A stretch of 64,000 nucleotides of DNA from Malacoraja senta (lineage: Eukaryota). Shown one piece after another: positions 61,755 to 64,000 of the stretch (the first letter of the stretch is position 1; every line of letters starts with the position of its first letter). A program made the translations under genes and the position numbers. The notes below the pieces were generated by a model. The model was not told where the DNA came from, searched no databases, and worked only from the letters and a program-made list of their open reading frames with translations. The DNA is taken from the NCBI GenBank assembly GCA_038087875.1, contig JAXLNO010000146.1, positions 868,001 through 932,000 on the forward strand. Reading direction: 5' to 3'.

Positions 61755-63725
61755 CAGCATGAAAAGATGAGCGGGAAGCAAGAGGACTGGGTAATGTTTA
61801 AAGAGAAACAGAAGATAACTAAAAAGACACTACGGGGAGAAAAGATGGGGTACGAAGGTAAGCTAGCCAAGAATATAAAGGAGGATAGTAAAAGCTTCTT
61901 TAGGTATGTGAAGAGGAAAAATTAGTTAAGACCAAAGTTGGACCCTTGAAGGCCGAAAAAGGTGAATTTATTATGGGGAACAGGAAATGGCAGATGAGTT
62001 GAACAGGTACTTTGGATCCGTCTTCACTAAGGAGGACACAAACAATCTTCCTGATATACTAGTGCCAGAGGATCTGGGGTGACGGAGGAACTGAAGGAGA
62101 TCCACATTAGGCAGGAAGTGGTGTTGGGTAGACTGATGGGACTGAAGGCTGATAAATCCCCAGGGCCTGATGGTCTGCATCACAGGGTACTTAAGGAAGT
62201 GGCTCTAGAAATCGTGGATGCATTGGTGATAATTTTCCAATGTTCTATAGACTCAGGATTGGAGGGCATCTAATGTTATCCCACTTTTTAAGAAAGGCTG
62301 TGGAGAGAAAACAGGGAATTATAGACCAGTTAGCCTGACATCGGTGGTGGGGAAGATGCTGGAGTCAATTATAAAAGATGAAATAGCCGCCCATTTGGAT
62401 AGCTGTAACAGGATCGGTCCGAGGCAGCATGGATTTACGAAGAGGAAATCATGCTTGACTAATCTTCTGGAATTTGTTGAGGATGTGACTAGGAAAATGG
62501 ACAAGGGAGAGCCAGTGGATGTATTGTACCTGGACTTTCTGAAAGCATTTGATAAGGTCCCACATAGGAGATTAGTGGGCAGAATTAGGGCACATGGTAT
62601 TGGGGGTAGAGTGCTGACATGGATAGAAAATTGGTTGGTAGACAGGAAACAAAGAGGGGGGATTAACGGGCCCCTTTCAGAATGGCAGGCAGTGACTAGT
62701 GGGGTACCGCAAGGCTCGGTGCTGGGACCGCAGCTATTTACAATATACATCAATGATTTGGATGAAGGGATTCAAAGTAACATTAGCAATTTTGCAGATG
62801 ACACAAAGCTGGGTGGCAGTGTGAACTGTGAGGAGGATACTATGAGAATGCAGGGTGACTTGGAGAGGTTGGAGGAGTGGGCAGATGCATTGCAGATGAA
62901 GTTTAATGTGGATAAATGTGAGGTTATCCACTTTGGTATAAAAAACCGGAAGGCAGATTACTGTCTAAATGGCGTCAAATTGGGAAAAGGGGAAGTACAA
63001 CGGGATCTGGGGGTCCTTGTTCATCAGTCTATGAACGTAAGCATGCAGGTACAGCAGGCAGTGAAGAAAGCGAATGGCATGTTGGCCTTTATAACAACAG
63101 GAGTCGGGTATAGGAGCAAAGAGGTCCTTCTGCAGTTGTACAGGGCCCTAGTGAGACCACAACTGGAGTATTGTGTGCAGTTTTGGTCCCCTAATTTGAA
63201 GAAGGAAATTCTTGCTGTTGAGGGAGTGCAGCGTAGGTTTACAAGGTTAATTCACGGGATGGCGGGACTGTCATATGCTGAGAGAATGGAGCAGCTGGGC
63301 TTGTACACTCTGGAGTTTAGAAGGATGAGAGGGTATCTTATTGAAACATATAAGATTGTTAAGGGTTTGGACACGCCAGAGGCAGGAAACATGTTCCAGA
63401 TGTTGGGGGAGTCCAGAACCAGGGGCCACAGTTTAAGAATAAGGGGTAAGCCATTTAGAACGGAGACGAGGAAACACTTTTTCTCACAGAGTGTTGTGAG
63501 TCTGTGGAATTCTCTGCCTCAGAGGGCGGTGGAGGCCGGTTCTCTGGATACTTTCAAGAGAGAGCTAGATAGGGCTCTTAAAGATAGAGGAGTCAGGGGA
63601 TATGGGGAGAAGGCAGGAACGGGGTACTGATTGGGGTTGATCAGCCATGATCACATTGATTGGCAGTGCTGGCACGAAGGGACGAATGGCCTGCTCCTGC
63701 TCCTATTGTCTCTTGTCTATTGTCT
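61755..63725 (+). mobile_element. CR1 LINE, 5'-truncated, open 428-aa RT (62344-63630)
   Basis: QHGFTK, YLDFLKAFDKV, SGVPQGSVLGP, FADDTKL, CR1 3' UTR and tail. Confidence 0.93.
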
Positions 63726-64000
63726 AATATGCCACTCTCTGCCACTCCCCCATAAATAGGAATCTCTCCCCTCGATTATCCCCTCGATTGTCTGACCAAC
63801 CGAGTCGTATTGTTTACACTCGAGTTTACTTGCAAACATATCTTGGCAACAAGTAATTTGTAGTTCACACTCCATCCACCCCCTTCCCCCCACCCCTCCC
63901 GCCATCCTTTAATCACAAAGTAAGAATGAATCACCCAAGTAAGAAATCTAAGGAAAGGTAGCACAAGCCCACAACATTGGACATCTTTAGTTTAGTTAAA

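Overview
Repeat-dense vertebrate genomic DNA, most likely a cartilaginous fish (skate/ray-type V-SINE/HE1 and CR1 repeats; inferred, not database-checked). It holds two tandem minus-strand class IV TRIM genes (RING/B-box/coiled-coil/PRY-SPRY). Gene A (six coding exons, 35072->10416) is complete and has a perfect ISRE just upstream of its ATG. Gene B (five exons visible, 59281->51148) lacks its RING/B-box exon in this window. Both genes show a reading-frame or splice problem at the start of the PRY-SPRY exon. The rest is mostly mobile DNA: a near full-length Penelope-like element (RT + GIY-YIG, pseudo-LTRs), many short Penelope-derived repeats with a minimal hammerhead ribozyme core, and a young L1 with an intact 1263-aa ORF2. 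That L1 has a 57-bp target duplication and a 1.2-kb structured, duplicated inter-ORF spacer, and is nested in a hAT element inside a CR1. There are also many CR1, L2 and Rex1/Babar-type LINE fragments, V-SINEs, one teleost AFC-like SINE, MITEs, two long palindromes and a LINE-tail minisatellite. Repeat boundaries are approximate; exon boundaries were read from GT/AG sites by hand.
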